Under the pieces are notes generated by a model. It saw nothing but the letters and a program-made list of their open reading frames with translations, was not told the DNA's origin and did no database searches. DNA of 55,929 bases, taken from a virus (taxonomy: Duplodnaviria > Caudoviricetes). A program made the position numbers and the translations under genes. Numbering within the stretch: the stretch's first letter is position 1; each line of letters opens with the position of its first letter. Below, piece after piece: positions 16,649 to 25,540 of this stretch. Where the stretch lies: IMG/VR virus record IMGVR_UViG_3300050119_000489, positions 1 to 55,929 of that record; one strand, given 5' to 3'.

Positions 16649-17122
16649 ATGAGCAAAGTGAAAGACCCAGCGCGCCGGGCGCAAGCCCCGAAAAGCACAG
16701 GCAGGCTTCCGCATCAGCCTGATGACCAATCGCGCAGATTCGTCAACGCAATGGCGCAAGTCGGGATTAAGCAAGAGGACATCGGCAAGGTCGTCGGCAT
16801 TTCGCACGCCACGCTTGAAAAGCACTATCGGCAGGAGCTCGATACCGCGCTGACTAAGGCGCTCAGCCTCGTTGGCCAAAGTGTGCTCATGCAGGCGCTC
16901 GGCGGCCCGCCGTCCGCGGATGGCAAGATCAATTGGAAACAAGCCGTTCCATCCATGGCTATCTGGTTCGAAAAGACGCGGGGCGGCCTCAAGGAAATTA
17001 TCGGGCATGAGCATACCGGCAAGGACGGTGCGCCGGTCGCCCAAATAACAGAAATGCGCGTGGTCTTCGTCGATGCCGGACATCACCGTACCGAGTGCCT
17101 TCCGCTTCCTCTACCAAGGTAA
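16649..17122 (+). CDS. terS: Terminase small subunit
   Basis: HTH (QEDIGKVVGISHATLEKHY), AIWFEK, EHTGKDG; directly upstream of terL. Confidence 0.85.
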   Translation: MSKVKDPARRAQAPKSTGRLPHQPDDQSRRFVNAMAQVGIKQEDIGKVVGISHATLEKHYRQELDTALTKALSLVGQSVLMQALGGPPSADGKINWKQAVPSMAIWFEKTRGGLKEIIGHEHTGKDGAPVAQITEMRVVFVDAGHHRTECLPLPLPR

Positions 17123-18296
17123 GGCTCGGTATCGCGCGGCCTACGGCGGCCGGGGCTCCGCAAAATCGCACAGCTTCGCTCAGGCGCTGGTCATCAAGGC
17201 CCGCCAAGCGCCGCTTCGAATACTCTGCGCTCGCGAGATCCAGAAATCGATCAAGGACAGCGTCAAGCGCCTGATCGACGACAAGATCGAAGCTTGCGGG
17301 CTGTCATCATTTTTTGAAAGCCTCGACACCGAGATCAGGGGGCAAAACGGCTCAATTTTCCTGTTCGCGGGGCTGAGGACCAACCCTGACAGCATCAAGT
17401 CGATGGAAGGCCTGGGCATCGCCTGGATCGAAGAGGCGAGCACGGTCTCTCAGCGAAGCCTCGATCTTCTGACCCCGACCCTTCGACTGCCCGACAGCGA
17501 AATATGGGCCACGTGGAATCCGCGCTTTCCGACAGATCCGATCGACGCCATGTTTCGCGGGGGCTCGCCACCGCCGAACACCCTCGTGAAGCAGGTCAGC
17601 TGCGAAGATAACCCCTGGTTCCCGGACGTCTTGCGCACGGACATGGAGTGGGATCGCGGCCGCGATCCCGAAAAGTACGCCCACGTCTGGCTAGGCGAGT
17701 ATCTGCGGAATTCTGAAGCGAGGGTCTTCCGCAACTGGCGCGTCGAATCCTTCGAGACGCCTGACAACGCCAGGTTTTACTACGGCGCCGATTGGGGCTT
17801 CTCCGTAGACCCGACGGTTTTGGTGCGCTGCTGGATTGATGATCGCACCCTCTACGTCGATAAAGAGGTCTACCAGGTCGGTTGCGAGATCGACCGAACG
17901 CCGGCGCTGTTCGACAAGATGCCAGGCTCAAGACTGTGGCCGATCCGTGCAGACAGCGCTTCGCCGCAGACGATCAGCTACATGCAGCGCCACGGCTTTC
18001 CCAAGATAGTGCAAGCCACAAAGGGGCCAAATTCGGTTGAGGAGGGGGTTAATTTCCTTAAATCGTACGACATCGTCGTGCATCCAGAATGCAAGCACAC
18101 GATCGATGAACTGACCCTCTACTCCTACGAGGTCGACAAGCTTACCGACGAGGTGCTGCCGATCCTTCAAGACAAGTCGAATCACTGCATTGACGCGCTA
18201 CGCTATGCGGTCGAGCTGGTGCGCTGTGCAGTGCACGCCCCGAAAATCGTCGTCCCCATTGTCGTGGGCCATCCGCGGCACAATCCTTTTGCTTAG
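17073..18296 (+). CDS. terL: Terminase large subunit (PBSX family)
   Basis: YGGRGSAKS, WIEEA, GADWGFSVDP, NHCIDALRYA. Confidence 0.96.
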   Translation: MPDITVPSAFRFLYQGKARYRAAYGGRGSAKSHSFAQALVIKARQAPLRILCAREIQKSIKDSVKRLIDDKIEACGLSSFFESLDTEIRGQNGSIFLFAGLRTNPDSIKSMEGLGIAWIEEASTVSQRSLDLLTPTLRLPDSEIWATWNPRFPTDPIDAMFRGGSPPPNTLVKQVSCEDNPWFPDVLRTDMEWDRGRDPEKYAHVWLGEYLRNSEARVFRNWRVESFETPDNARFYYGADWGFSVDPTVLVRCWIDDRTLYVDKEVYQVGCEIDRTPALFDKMPGSRLWPIRADSASPQTISYMQRHGFPKIVQATKGPNSVEEGVNFLKSYDIVVHPECKHTIDELTLYSYEVDKLTDEVLPILQDKSNHCIDALRYAVELVRCAVHAPKIVVPIVVGHPRHNPFA

Positions 18297-18309
18297 CCAC
18301 GGATAGCCT

Positions 18310-19797
18310 ATGGCCGCCGATCCATATGCAGATTCGTCTGGCTGGTCGGCGGTTCCGCAGCTCACGTCAGGGATGAGCTTTCGGGATTATGGCAGCTACG
18401 GCCTACGTCAATACTCAGGCTGGGTCCGTGAAGAATTCCTGCCCGAGCTCGTCGGGCGGAACGGCGCCGGCGTCTACCGGGAAATGGCGGATAACAATCC
18501 GACCATCGGTGCCATTCTCTTCGCCATCAAGCAGGCAGTGCGCGAGATCGAGTGGCGCGTCGAAGCCGCGAGCGACAAGCCCGAGGCCAAAGCCGAAGCG
18601 GAGTTCGTCGAGTCGTTGATGAGCGACATGTCCCATACGTGGGACGACTTCGTGGTCGAAGCGCTCTCGATGCTCCAATACGGCTATGCGCCTCTGGAGA
18701 TCGTCTACAAGCGTCGGCATGGCGATCGGCCGGAAAGCCGCCCTGGCCCAAAGCCCAGCAAGGACATGCCGTCGAGCAAGTTCACCGACGGCAGGATAGG
18801 ATGGCGCCGGCTGCCGCTGCGCGGCCAAGACACCGTCATCAAGTGGTTCTTCGACGACAATGGCCAGGTTCGCGGTCTCACGCAGCAACCGTGGGTCGGG
18901 CAGCTGATCGATATTCCGATCGAAAAGATGCTGCTGTTCCGGCCGACGCTGCACAAGAACAACCCCGAAGGCTATTCGATCCTTCGCACGTCGTATCGGC
19001 CCTACTACTTCACCAAACGCCTCGAAGAGCAAGAGGCAATCATGGTGGAGCGATTCAACGGGCTCCCGGTCATCTACATTCCGAACGAGGTGATCGAAAA
19101 GGCGGCCGCGGGCGACAAAATAGCGATGAAGGCGCTCGACGCCTATAAGCAGATTGTCACTAACCTGCGCATCGACGAACAGATGGGCGCGGTTCTGCCT
19201 TCGGACGTTTACGTCGATCCGAGCACCGGCAAGCCTACCGCGACACGCATGTACCAGCTCGAGCTGGTGACACCGAACAGCGGCGGCAAGGCAGGCGGCG
19301 GTGACGCCGACAAGATCATCAGCCGCTACAAGCTCGACATGATGATGACGGTCCTCGCCGATTTCATCCAGCTCGGACATGAGGTGCGCGGGACCAACAA
19401 TCTCGCAGTCACCAAGGTCGACATGTTCTACAGCGCCGTGCAGGGGTGGAGCGGCAGTGTCGCTGACGTCCTAAATCGCTACGGCATTCCGCGGATCTGG
19501 CGAATGAACCGCCTCGATCGCGATCTGATGCCTGAATTGCATCCAGATCTGCCGCAGCGCCTCGACCTCGACGGCCTCGGCGGCTTTGTTGCCAACATGG
19601 CAGCGGCAGGCATGCCTCTATTCCCCGATGATGAACTGCAAGAATTCCTGCGCGAAGCTGCGGGGATGCCTGAGATGACCAGCAAGGACGCCGTGGCGCT
19701 GGCTCAGCGTGGCGGCACGGATGCGGTCAAAAAGATGCTGCTCGGCGCCATGGCTCGAAAGATCAAAAAAATGCGCGAAGAGAAGGTCGCCGCATGA
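18310..19797 (+). CDS. Portal protein (DUF935-like)
   Basis: 495 aa after terL; YGYAPLEIVY and NPEGYSILR motifs. Confidence 0.9.
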   Translation: MAADPYADSSGWSAVPQLTSGMSFRDYGSYGLRQYSGWVREEFLPELVGRNGAGVYREMADNNPTIGAILFAIKQAVREIEWRVEAASDKPEAKAEAEFVESLMSDMSHTWDDFVVEALSMLQYGYAPLEIVYKRRHGDRPESRPGPKPSKDMPSSKFTDGRIGWRRLPLRGQDTVIKWFFDDNGQVRGLTQQPWVGQLIDIPIEKMLLFRPTLHKNNPEGYSILRTSYRPYYFTKRLEEQEAIMVERFNGLPVIYIPNEVIEKAAAGDKIAMKALDAYKQIVTNLRIDEQMGAVLPSDVYVDPSTGKPTATRMYQLELVTPNSGGKAGGGDADKIISRYKLDMMMTVLADFIQLGHEVRGTNNLAVTKVDMFYSAVQGWSGSVADVLNRYGIPRIWRMNRLDRDLMPELHPDLPQRLDLDGLGGFVANMAAAGMPLFPDDELQEFLREAAGMPEMTSKDAVALAQRGGTDAVKKMLLGAMARKIKKMREEKVAA

Positions 19798-20000
19798 TGG
19801 TTACGAAGCAGCCGCCGGCAGCGCCGGTCGCCGAGTTCGATGACCTCTGCGCTAGGCATGCCATCCTATTGCTTAAACGGCGCAAGTCGAAGGACCTCTA
19901 CGAGCGTGCGGTGATGCTCGACGATTCCTTCGAAATGTTCGGTCGTCTGATCGACCTTTACCTCAAAATTCGCATCGCTGCCGGGGCCGACTCCGCATGA
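19794..20000 (+). CDS. 68-aa hypothetical protein, paralogue B
   Basis: Paralogue of 16437-16643; ATGA overlaps at both ends. Confidence 0.85.
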   Translation: MMVTKQPPAAPVAEFDDLCARHAILLLKRRKSKDLYERAVMLDDSFEMFGRLIDLYLKIRIAAGADSA

Positions 20001-20263
20001 CGAACGACGAATACATTGCGGCAAACTGGCCGAAATTGTCTCCCAAATTCCGCGAGGCTCACAATCGCCTGCGGCGCATGAAGGGCATGTCGTCAATCCC
20101 CGAGCCAAGGATCGATCTTTACGTTCCGCCGCGCGGGCCGAGCGCCAAACCTTTCGACTTCAACAGTCCCGAGTTTCTTGGCGCCGCACGCGAGTTTATG
20201 GGCCCGCGCATGATGGGCGGAGGGCCAGAAGGCTTCACCATCAACGGCAACCCGGTCAAGTAG
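19997..20263 (+). CDS. Hypothetical protein
   Basis: ATGA overlap in the late operon. Confidence 0.6.
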   Translation: MTNDEYIAANWPKLSPKFREAHNRLRRMKGMSSIPEPRIDLYVPPRGPSAKPFDFNSPEFLGAAREFMGPRMMGGGPEGFTINGNPVK

Positions 20264-20271
20264 AGAGAGCC

Positions 20272-20781
20272 ATGCCCGCGCTGCTGTTTAAGGACGTCAC
20301 GGCTGCTGGCGTCCACGCCGAAACCGCTCTCGGCAATGACCGCGCACGCCCCAGGAAGCCAGACGATGCTGGCGATAACGATTCCGATTTCGAGACGAAT
20401 GTCGACGTCGTCAAGGTCGACGAAAGCCACGGCCTGGTGCTCGGCTTTGCGATCATCTGCAAGAGGGATGGCGCCGACTACGTTGATTTGCAGGGCGACG
20501 TCATTCCAGAGGACGCGATGCTCGCGGCTGCTGTCGACTTTATGTCGAATGCTCGCATGGCCAAGGAAATGCACGCTGGAGAGCAGAAGGGCATCATCCT
20601 GTTTGCTATGCCACTGACAACGGACATCGCAAAAGCCTTCGGTATCGAGACGAAAACCACAGGTTTAATGATTGCGATGCAACCAAATGACGCTGCAATC
20701 CTCGCCAAGTTCCGCTCAGGAGAGTACTCTGGGTTCAGTATTGGCGGGAAAATTATAGCATCGGAGGATGTCGCGGGTTGA
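20272..20781 (+). CDS. XkdF-like prohead serine protease
   Basis: VDLQGD, EMH and GEYSGFSIGG motifs. Confidence 0.9.
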   Translation: MPALLFKDVTAAGVHAETALGNDRARPRKPDDAGDNDSDFETNVDVVKVDESHGLVLGFAIICKRDGADYVDLQGDVIPEDAMLAAAVDFMSNARMAKEMHAGEQKGIILFAMPLTTDIAKAFGIETKTTGLMIAMQPNDAAILAKFRSGEYSGFSIGGKIIASEDVAG

Positions 20782-21302
20782 AAGGGCGTCCACGCATCGA
20801 TCTTTGCGGGCATCGGTTTGGTCGATGGCTAGTCACTGGGCCTGCCGGGATCAACCCGCGTGGCGCAGTGGTCTGGGCATGCAGATGCGATTGTGGCCAG
20901 ACACGGGTGCTTGAATCACACGTTCTAAGAGCTGGCAAATCTCGTTCTTGCGGATGTTTTGCTCTGGACAATCCAAGTCAACTCACACATGGGCACGCCC
21001 GAAGGGGTGCGAAGTCGCCGACATACCTATCCTGGCGAGCAATGCAGATCCGCTGCACCGATCATTCGCACCCTGCGTGGTTGCGTTACGGCGGTCGCGG
21101 CATCACAGTCTGTTCTAGATGGGATTTGTTTGACAATTTCCTCGCCGACATGGGCGAGCGTCCAGCGGGGCGCACTTTGGAGCGCGTGGACAACGGCGGC
21201 AATTACGAACCCGGGAACTGCTGCTGGGCGACCCCGAAGGAACAAGCGAATAATCGTCGCAAACCTACAGGTCACGCGCATGGCTCCGCACCGCCGATTT
21301 AA
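20778..21302 (+). CDS. Free-standing HNH-type homing endonuclease
   Basis: GHRFGRW, CRCDCG, SCGC, YGGRGITVC.RW, TLERVDN..NYEPGNC.WAT..EQANN. Confidence 0.9.
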   Translation: MKGRPRIDLCGHRFGRWLVTGPAGINPRGAVVWACRCDCGQTRVLESHVLRAGKSRSCGCFALDNPSQLTHGHARRGAKSPTYLSWRAMQIRCTDHSHPAWLRYGGRGITVCSRWDLFDNFLADMGERPAGRTLERVDNGGNYEPGNCCWATPKEQANNRRKPTGHAHGSAPPI

Positions 21303-22485
21303 GAGCTTTATGATCGACGAGATCTCTGCGGTCGATCGGCCTGCGCAGGCTCACGCAAGGATGGCCATCATGAAACGCGCGGACCCTGACAGCTCACCGC
21401 TCGACGGCATGAGCAGCGAAGAGATCGAGGCGCTCGCCAAGGCCGTTGAAGCGCGCCTTTACGACGAAGCCTTCATTGGCAAGCGGGAATTCAGCGCCGA
21501 ACAGCGCCGCGAAGACGCCAAGAGTGGCGCGGCTATGCCCGACGGTTCGTTTCCCATCTCCAACGCTGGCGATCTCGCCAATGCTATGCGCCTGGCTGGG
21601 CACGCCAAGGACCCAGCGAAAGCTCGCGCCCATATCAAGGCCCGCGCGAAAGCACTCGGCCTCGCCGACAAACTGAGCGATGCCTACAAGAGCGAGGGCG
21701 GCCTTATCGCCAAGCTCAAAGAGTTTCTGAAAACCGTAGCGCCCGGAAATGGCGCTGAAGACGAGGACACGGAGCCCCAAATGTCCACAGCAGTGAAAAA
21801 GGCGCTCGGCCTCGCCGATAGCGCGACCGAAGAGGAAGTCTTGAAGGTGGTTACCAAGCTCGCCAAAACCGAGCTGTCCGACAAGGACAAGGAAATCGCA
21901 AAGCTTGCTCTTGAGAACGAGATTCTCAAAGCCGACATGAGCGACGACGAAAAGAAGCACCATGACGCGTTGCCAGACGACGCCGCTCGCAAGGCTTTCC
22001 GGACGCTGCCGAAAGACGATCGCGCCAAGCTGGTGAAGAAGGCCGAGCCCGAAGTCTCGCCTGAGCTCAAGAAGGTTCAGGACGAAAACGCGGACCTGAA
22101 GAAGCGCCTCGAAGCCGTCGAGACTGATCGCGAGATCGCGAAGTTCGCGAAGCGCGCTGAAGACATGGGCCTTCCCGCGACGCAAGGCGAAGTGTTGCGC
22201 AAAGCTGTCGCCGGCGCCAAGGATCCGGCTGCTGTCGAAGCCATCATCAAGATGCTCAGCGACAACATCGCTTTGGCCAACGAGGGCGGCGTCTTCAAGG
22301 AATTCGGCAGCGCGCAGGGTAAGACAGGTGACGCGCTGGACCAGCTCAATGCTAAGGCCGAGGAACTGCGCAAGAAAGATCCGAAACTCACCTCCGAGCA
22401 GGCCTTCGTCAAGGTCTACGCGGACCCGGCGAACGCAAAGCTTGTGCGCGAGGAGCGTAACGCCAACCGACCGCGCGCGAACTAA
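21280..22485 (+). CDS. Scaffold-like head protein with DUF6582-like insert
   Basis: IDEISAVDRPAQ N-terminus; AMPDGSFPI...RAHIKARAKALG; Lys/Glu coiled coil. The track's upstream extension overlaps the HNH gene. Confidence 0.75.
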   Translation: MAPHRRFKSFMIDEISAVDRPAQAHARMAIMKRADPDSSPLDGMSSEEIEALAKAVEARLYDEAFIGKREFSAEQRREDAKSGAAMPDGSFPISNAGDLANAMRLAGHAKDPAKARAHIKARAKALGLADKLSDAYKSEGGLIAKLKEFLKTVAPGNGAEDEDTEPQMSTAVKKALGLADSATEEEVLKVVTKLAKTELSDKDKEIAKLALENEILKADMSDDEKKHHDALPDDAARKAFRTLPKDDRAKLVKKAEPEVSPELKKVQDENADLKKRLEAVETDREIAKFAKRAEDMGLPATQGEVLRKAVAGAKDPAAVEAIIKMLSDNIALANEGGVFKEFGSAQGKTGDALDQLNAKAEELRKKDPKLTSEQAFVKVYADPANAKLVREERNANRPRAN

Positions 22486-22513
22486 GCAGCGGCATCAATC
22501 CTTCCCATTTAGC

Positions 22514-22539
22514 GGGCGCCTTCGGGCGCCTTTTTCTTT
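22514..22539 (+). terminator. Intrinsic terminator
   Basis: GGGCGCC-TTCG-GGCGCC followed by TTTTTCTTT. Confidence 0.85.
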
Positions 22540-22551
22540 GGAGCTTCCAAA

Positions 22552-22977
22552 ATGGCAACCGAAGGCCCCCTTCTGAAGGACGGCGCGCAATGCGTAGCCG
22601 CCGCGAACTATTGGAACCCTGCGTCGGCCCTTGATGGCCCGAACGGCTCTGGGCAGTTCCTCGCCGTTTACGTCAGCGCAGCGCGTACTGTGGCCGCTGT
22701 CGCCACCGAAGGCGTCGCCATGTACGGCATTCTGCAGAACACGCCCGCCTTGGGCCAGGCTGCGGACGTCGCGATCGTCGGCGTCTCAAAGATGGTCGCC
22801 GGCGCGGCAATCACCGCTGGCGCCGAACTCATGACCGACGCCAACGGACGCCTGATCGCGTGGGTTGGTGGCAGCGACTACGTGAAGGTCGGCCGCGCGC
22901 TTGAAGCAGCGGGCGCAGCCAACGACATCTTCACCGGTATCATCTACCCGGCCCCGGTTGCGGGTGGCCTGACCTAA
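22552..22977 (+). CDS. Capsid cement/decoration protein (DUF2190-like)
   Basis: GILQN, AGAAITAGAELMTDANGR, GRALEAA; precedes the capsid gene. Confidence 0.85.
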   Translation: MATEGPLLKDGAQCVAAANYWNPASALDGPNGSGQFLAVYVSAARTVAAVATEGVAMYGILQNTPALGQAADVAIVGVSKMVAGAAITAGAELMTDANGRLIAWVGGSDYVKVGRALEAAGAANDIFTGIIYPAPVAGGLT

Positions 22978-22991
22978 GCTCTCAAAACAAC

Positions 22992-23109
22992 CGGCCTCGC
23001 CGCTGTGACACACCTCCACGGCGCGAGGCCGCACGTGAACACGTGCAAAACGAGGTGGCATCTAGCCTTCGCATAGACAGGCTATGTCATTTGATAATAG
23101 GAGGCTATT
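22992..23109 (+). promoter_or_regulatory. Structured RNA leader of the major capsid gene (pseudoknot plus alternative anti-SD pairing)
   Basis: Stem 22992-23007/23017-23031; loop CACCTC pairs with GAGGTG 23052-23057; TAGCCTTC 23063-23070 pairs with either 23079-23084 or the SD region 23100-23107. Confidence 0.6.
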
Positions 23110-24108
23110 TTGCCGCAACCTACCGTCCAGCAGGTCCACGTACAAGCCGCACTCACGATGATTGCGACCGCGTACCTTCAGGACCAGAAAAACTACGTGG
23201 CCGATCAGGTGTTCCCTGTTGTGCCCGTCGAACATCAGTCCGACAAATACTTCGCCTTCTCGAAGGACGATTTCTTCCGCGATGAGGCGCAACAACGCGC
23301 TGATACTGCGGAATCGGCCGGCGGCGGCTTCAACCTCACGTCGAACAGCAGCTATTCGGCGGATGTGTGGGCTTTCCACAAGGACCTCGGCGAGCAGACG
23401 CGGCGCAATGCAGACCCAGCTGTCGACATGGATATGGCGACGACAAAGTTCTGCATGCAGAAGCTGCTAATCCGCAAGGATCGGTTCTTCGCAACGACCT
23501 ACCTGAAGACCGGCCTTTGGGGTACGGACAACGTCGGCACTGCCGGCGGGACGCCGGGCACCACCACGCCGGCCTTCTGGAATGACGACGCCAACGGCGA
23601 TCCCTTCACCGATATCGCAGTCGGTCAAACGACCATCCTGCAGAACACCGGTTTTGAGGCGAATACCCTCCTCATGACCTTCCCGGTCTATCAGGCGCTC
23701 AGGAAGCACCCGCTCGTCGTCGATCGTATCAAGTATACGACCCGCGCCGACGCTTCGAAAATCACCCCGGAACTTATGGCCGGCGCCTTCGACGTCGACC
23801 GCGTCCTCGTTTCCAAGGCCGTCTACAACTCGGCTCAGGAAGGCGCGACGGGCTCCTACAGCTTCATCGCGGGCAAAAACGCGCTGCTGTGCCATGTTGC
23901 ACCGGAGCCGGGCATTATGATCCCGAGCGCCGGCTACGTGTTCGCATGGTCGGGCTTCACCGGCATGAACACCATGGGCGTGCGCGTGTCGCAGATCCCG
24001 ATGCCCTGGCTCGGTCTCGGGACGGTGCGCACCGAGGGCGAGATGGCCTTCGACATGCAGGCGATCGGCACCGACCTCGGATATTATTTCAGCGGCATCG
24101 TTCAGTAA
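23110..24108 (+). CDS. Major capsid protein (TTG start)
   Basis: 332 aa; VADQVFPVVPV..QSDKYF, DPFTDI, PSAGYVFAW; AGGAGG RBS. Confidence 0.92.
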   Translation: MPQPTVQQVHVQAALTMIATAYLQDQKNYVADQVFPVVPVEHQSDKYFAFSKDDFFRDEAQQRADTAESAGGGFNLTSNSSYSADVWAFHKDLGEQTRRNADPAVDMDMATTKFCMQKLLIRKDRFFATTYLKTGLWGTDNVGTAGGTPGTTTPAFWNDDANGDPFTDIAVGQTTILQNTGFEANTLLMTFPVYQALRKHPLVVDRIKYTTRADASKITPELMAGAFDVDRVLVSKAVYNSAQEGATGSYSFIAGKNALLCHVAPEPGIMIPSAGYVFAWSGFTGMNTMGVRVSQIPMPWLGLGTVRTEGEMAFDMQAIGTDLGYYFSGIVQ

Positions 24109-24127
24109 GAGCGATTACGCAAAACAG

Positions 24128-24162
24128 AGCGGCGCGCTCGTCCCCCCAGGCGCGCCGCTTTT
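24128..24162 (+). terminator. Intrinsic terminator after the capsid gene
   Basis: AGCGGCGCGC...GCGCGCCGCT followed by TTT. Confidence 0.7.
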
Positions 24163-24227
24163 GAATTCTTCAAGAGCGGAGCAGGACAGCTCTGTTGCTG
24201 AAGGATCCAATAAAGACGGAGATCGTC

Positions 24228-24530
24228 ATGCTTGCCATTGCGGATGAAGACATCGGCGGCGGCCGCGTGCGGATGCTGTTCCAGGGGGGCAAGTACCGTG
24301 CAGGCATGCAGCTCACCGCCGATGAAGTGCTCGGCATGAAGAACAAGGCTGCGCTGATCGAGCAGGGCTACATCGAAATCTATCCGAAGGCCCCAATCGA
24401 AGACGTCGGCGATTGCCACATCGTCCATCTCGGCGGCGGCAAATACGACGTCATCAAGGGCCGGCGCCTCAACGAGGACGGTCCACTTACGAAAGACGAG
24501 GCAGAAGACCTCGCCACGCGGCCGGGCTGA
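24228..24530 (+). CDS. Hypothetical head-region protein
   Basis: GGAG RBS; HLGGGKYDV...KDEA motif. Confidence 0.7.
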   Translation: MLAIADEDIGGGRVRMLFQGGKYRAGMQLTADEVLGMKNKAALIEQGYIEIYPKAPIEDVGDCHIVHLGGGKYDVIKGRRLNEDGPLTKDEAEDLATRPG

Positions 24531-24565
24531 GGCGCGCACTTCTTCCGCCCTAACGAGAATTTGCC

Positions 24566-24979
24566 ATGAACATTTACGACAAGACCGTCGCCGGCGTCGG
24601 CGAAACCAAGACCATCAATGGTTCGCTCATCCTTTTATTGAACAACCTCGCCGCTGAGATTCGCGGCGTTGCCGGCAATCAAGACGCTACGCTAGGCCTC
24701 GCTGATATGGTGGCAAGCGAAGCCCCGCGGCTTTCCGCGACGATCCTGGCGAACACGCCGATGATTGAGGCAACGCCTCCTGTCCATCCAATGCCGGACT
24801 CAGCCGGGGGTCATGCCGATCACCTCGACGTCTCATCGATGACCGGCAAGCCCGAAGAGATCGCGAGCTGGCAGAAAGAGCATCCCGAGGTCCACGAGAT
24901 CGACCGTGACGCGCACGCGGATGGCACTGTCACCGCATATTTCCGCCCGCTGCCCAAAGGGGCAGAACCGAAGGCCTGA
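24566..24979 (+). CDS. Hypothetical protein
   Basis: 137-aa ORF in operon orientation. Confidence 0.65.
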   Translation: MNIYDKTVAGVGETKTINGSLILLLNNLAAEIRGVAGNQDATLGLADMVASEAPRLSATILANTPMIEATPPVHPMPDSAGGHADHLDVSSMTGKPEEIASWQKEHPEVHEIDRDAHADGTVTAYFRPLPKGAEPKA

Positions 24980-24991
24980 CCGTTCAGTGCC

Positions 24992-25019
24992 GCCGGGTTG
25001 ACATATAAATCAACCCGGC
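24992..25019. other. Perfect 10-bp intergenic inverted repeat
   Basis: GCCGGGTTGA-CATATAAA-TCAACCCGGC; no U tract. Confidence 0.6.
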
Positions 25020-25055
25020 AACGCCAAAATTCAAAGACAATGATTGGAGATCGTC

Positions 25056-25511
25056 ATGGCCACAGGCTTCGCCACCAGGTTTCAGGGTAAGGTCAAAGCG
25101 GCCGCCCTCTGGTTGGGTAGCGGCGGCATCGTTGATGCCGTCTCAGGGATCGCCGGCAACGTGCGTGTCGCGCAGCGGATTTCCGCGACAGTCACAGCCG
25201 TGGCCAATACCGACCTTCCTCCGCTATCAATCCCGCCTGGTGCGACGATCCTCGGCATTACCGCCTATACGACCACGGCCTTTACCGCCGGCACTGACGC
25301 GAAACTCGAGGCGGGCATTTCGGCTGGAGATGCGACTTACGTCGCGGCTACCTCGATCAAGGCGCTCGGCGTGGTGGCGATGACGCTGGCCTCGGCGACG
25401 CTTGCCGCCATGGGAGCGACGCTTCCGAACCTGTTCATTCGCATTGTACAATCAGGCACGCCCACGGCAGTCGGGGCCGCAACGATCGTGGTCGAATATC
25501 TGATACCGTAA
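25056..25511 (+). CDS. Putative virion structural (beta-sandwich) protein
   Basis: IPPGATIL..T...TAF..GT pattern, C-terminal VEY. Confidence 0.7.
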   Translation: MATGFATRFQGKVKAAALWLGSGGIVDAVSGIAGNVRVAQRISATVTAVANTDLPPLSIPPGATILGITAYTTTAFTAGTDAKLEAGISAGDATYVAATSIKALGVVAMTLASATLAAMGATLPNLFIRIVQSGTPTAVGAATIVVEYLIP

Positions 25512-25540
25512 AAGGCAATTGGCCAATCGGAGACGGAACA

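Noticed and set aside
20959-21279. 107-aa N-terminal extension of the scaffold ORF
   Set aside because: Out-of-frame overlap with the HNH gene; recognisable sequence starts at 21280
20778-21302. Group I intron joining protease and scaffold
   Set aside because: The HNH ORF overlaps both neighbours, leaving no room for a ribozyme core
22992-23109. Hammerhead ribozyme or guanidine-III riboswitch
   Set aside because: Core CUGANGA/GAAA and the guanidine-III motif order are absent; kept as an unclassified structure
24998-25030. Sigma70 promoter from TTGACA
   Set aside because: No -10 at 16-18 bp; the hexamer is part of an inverted repeat
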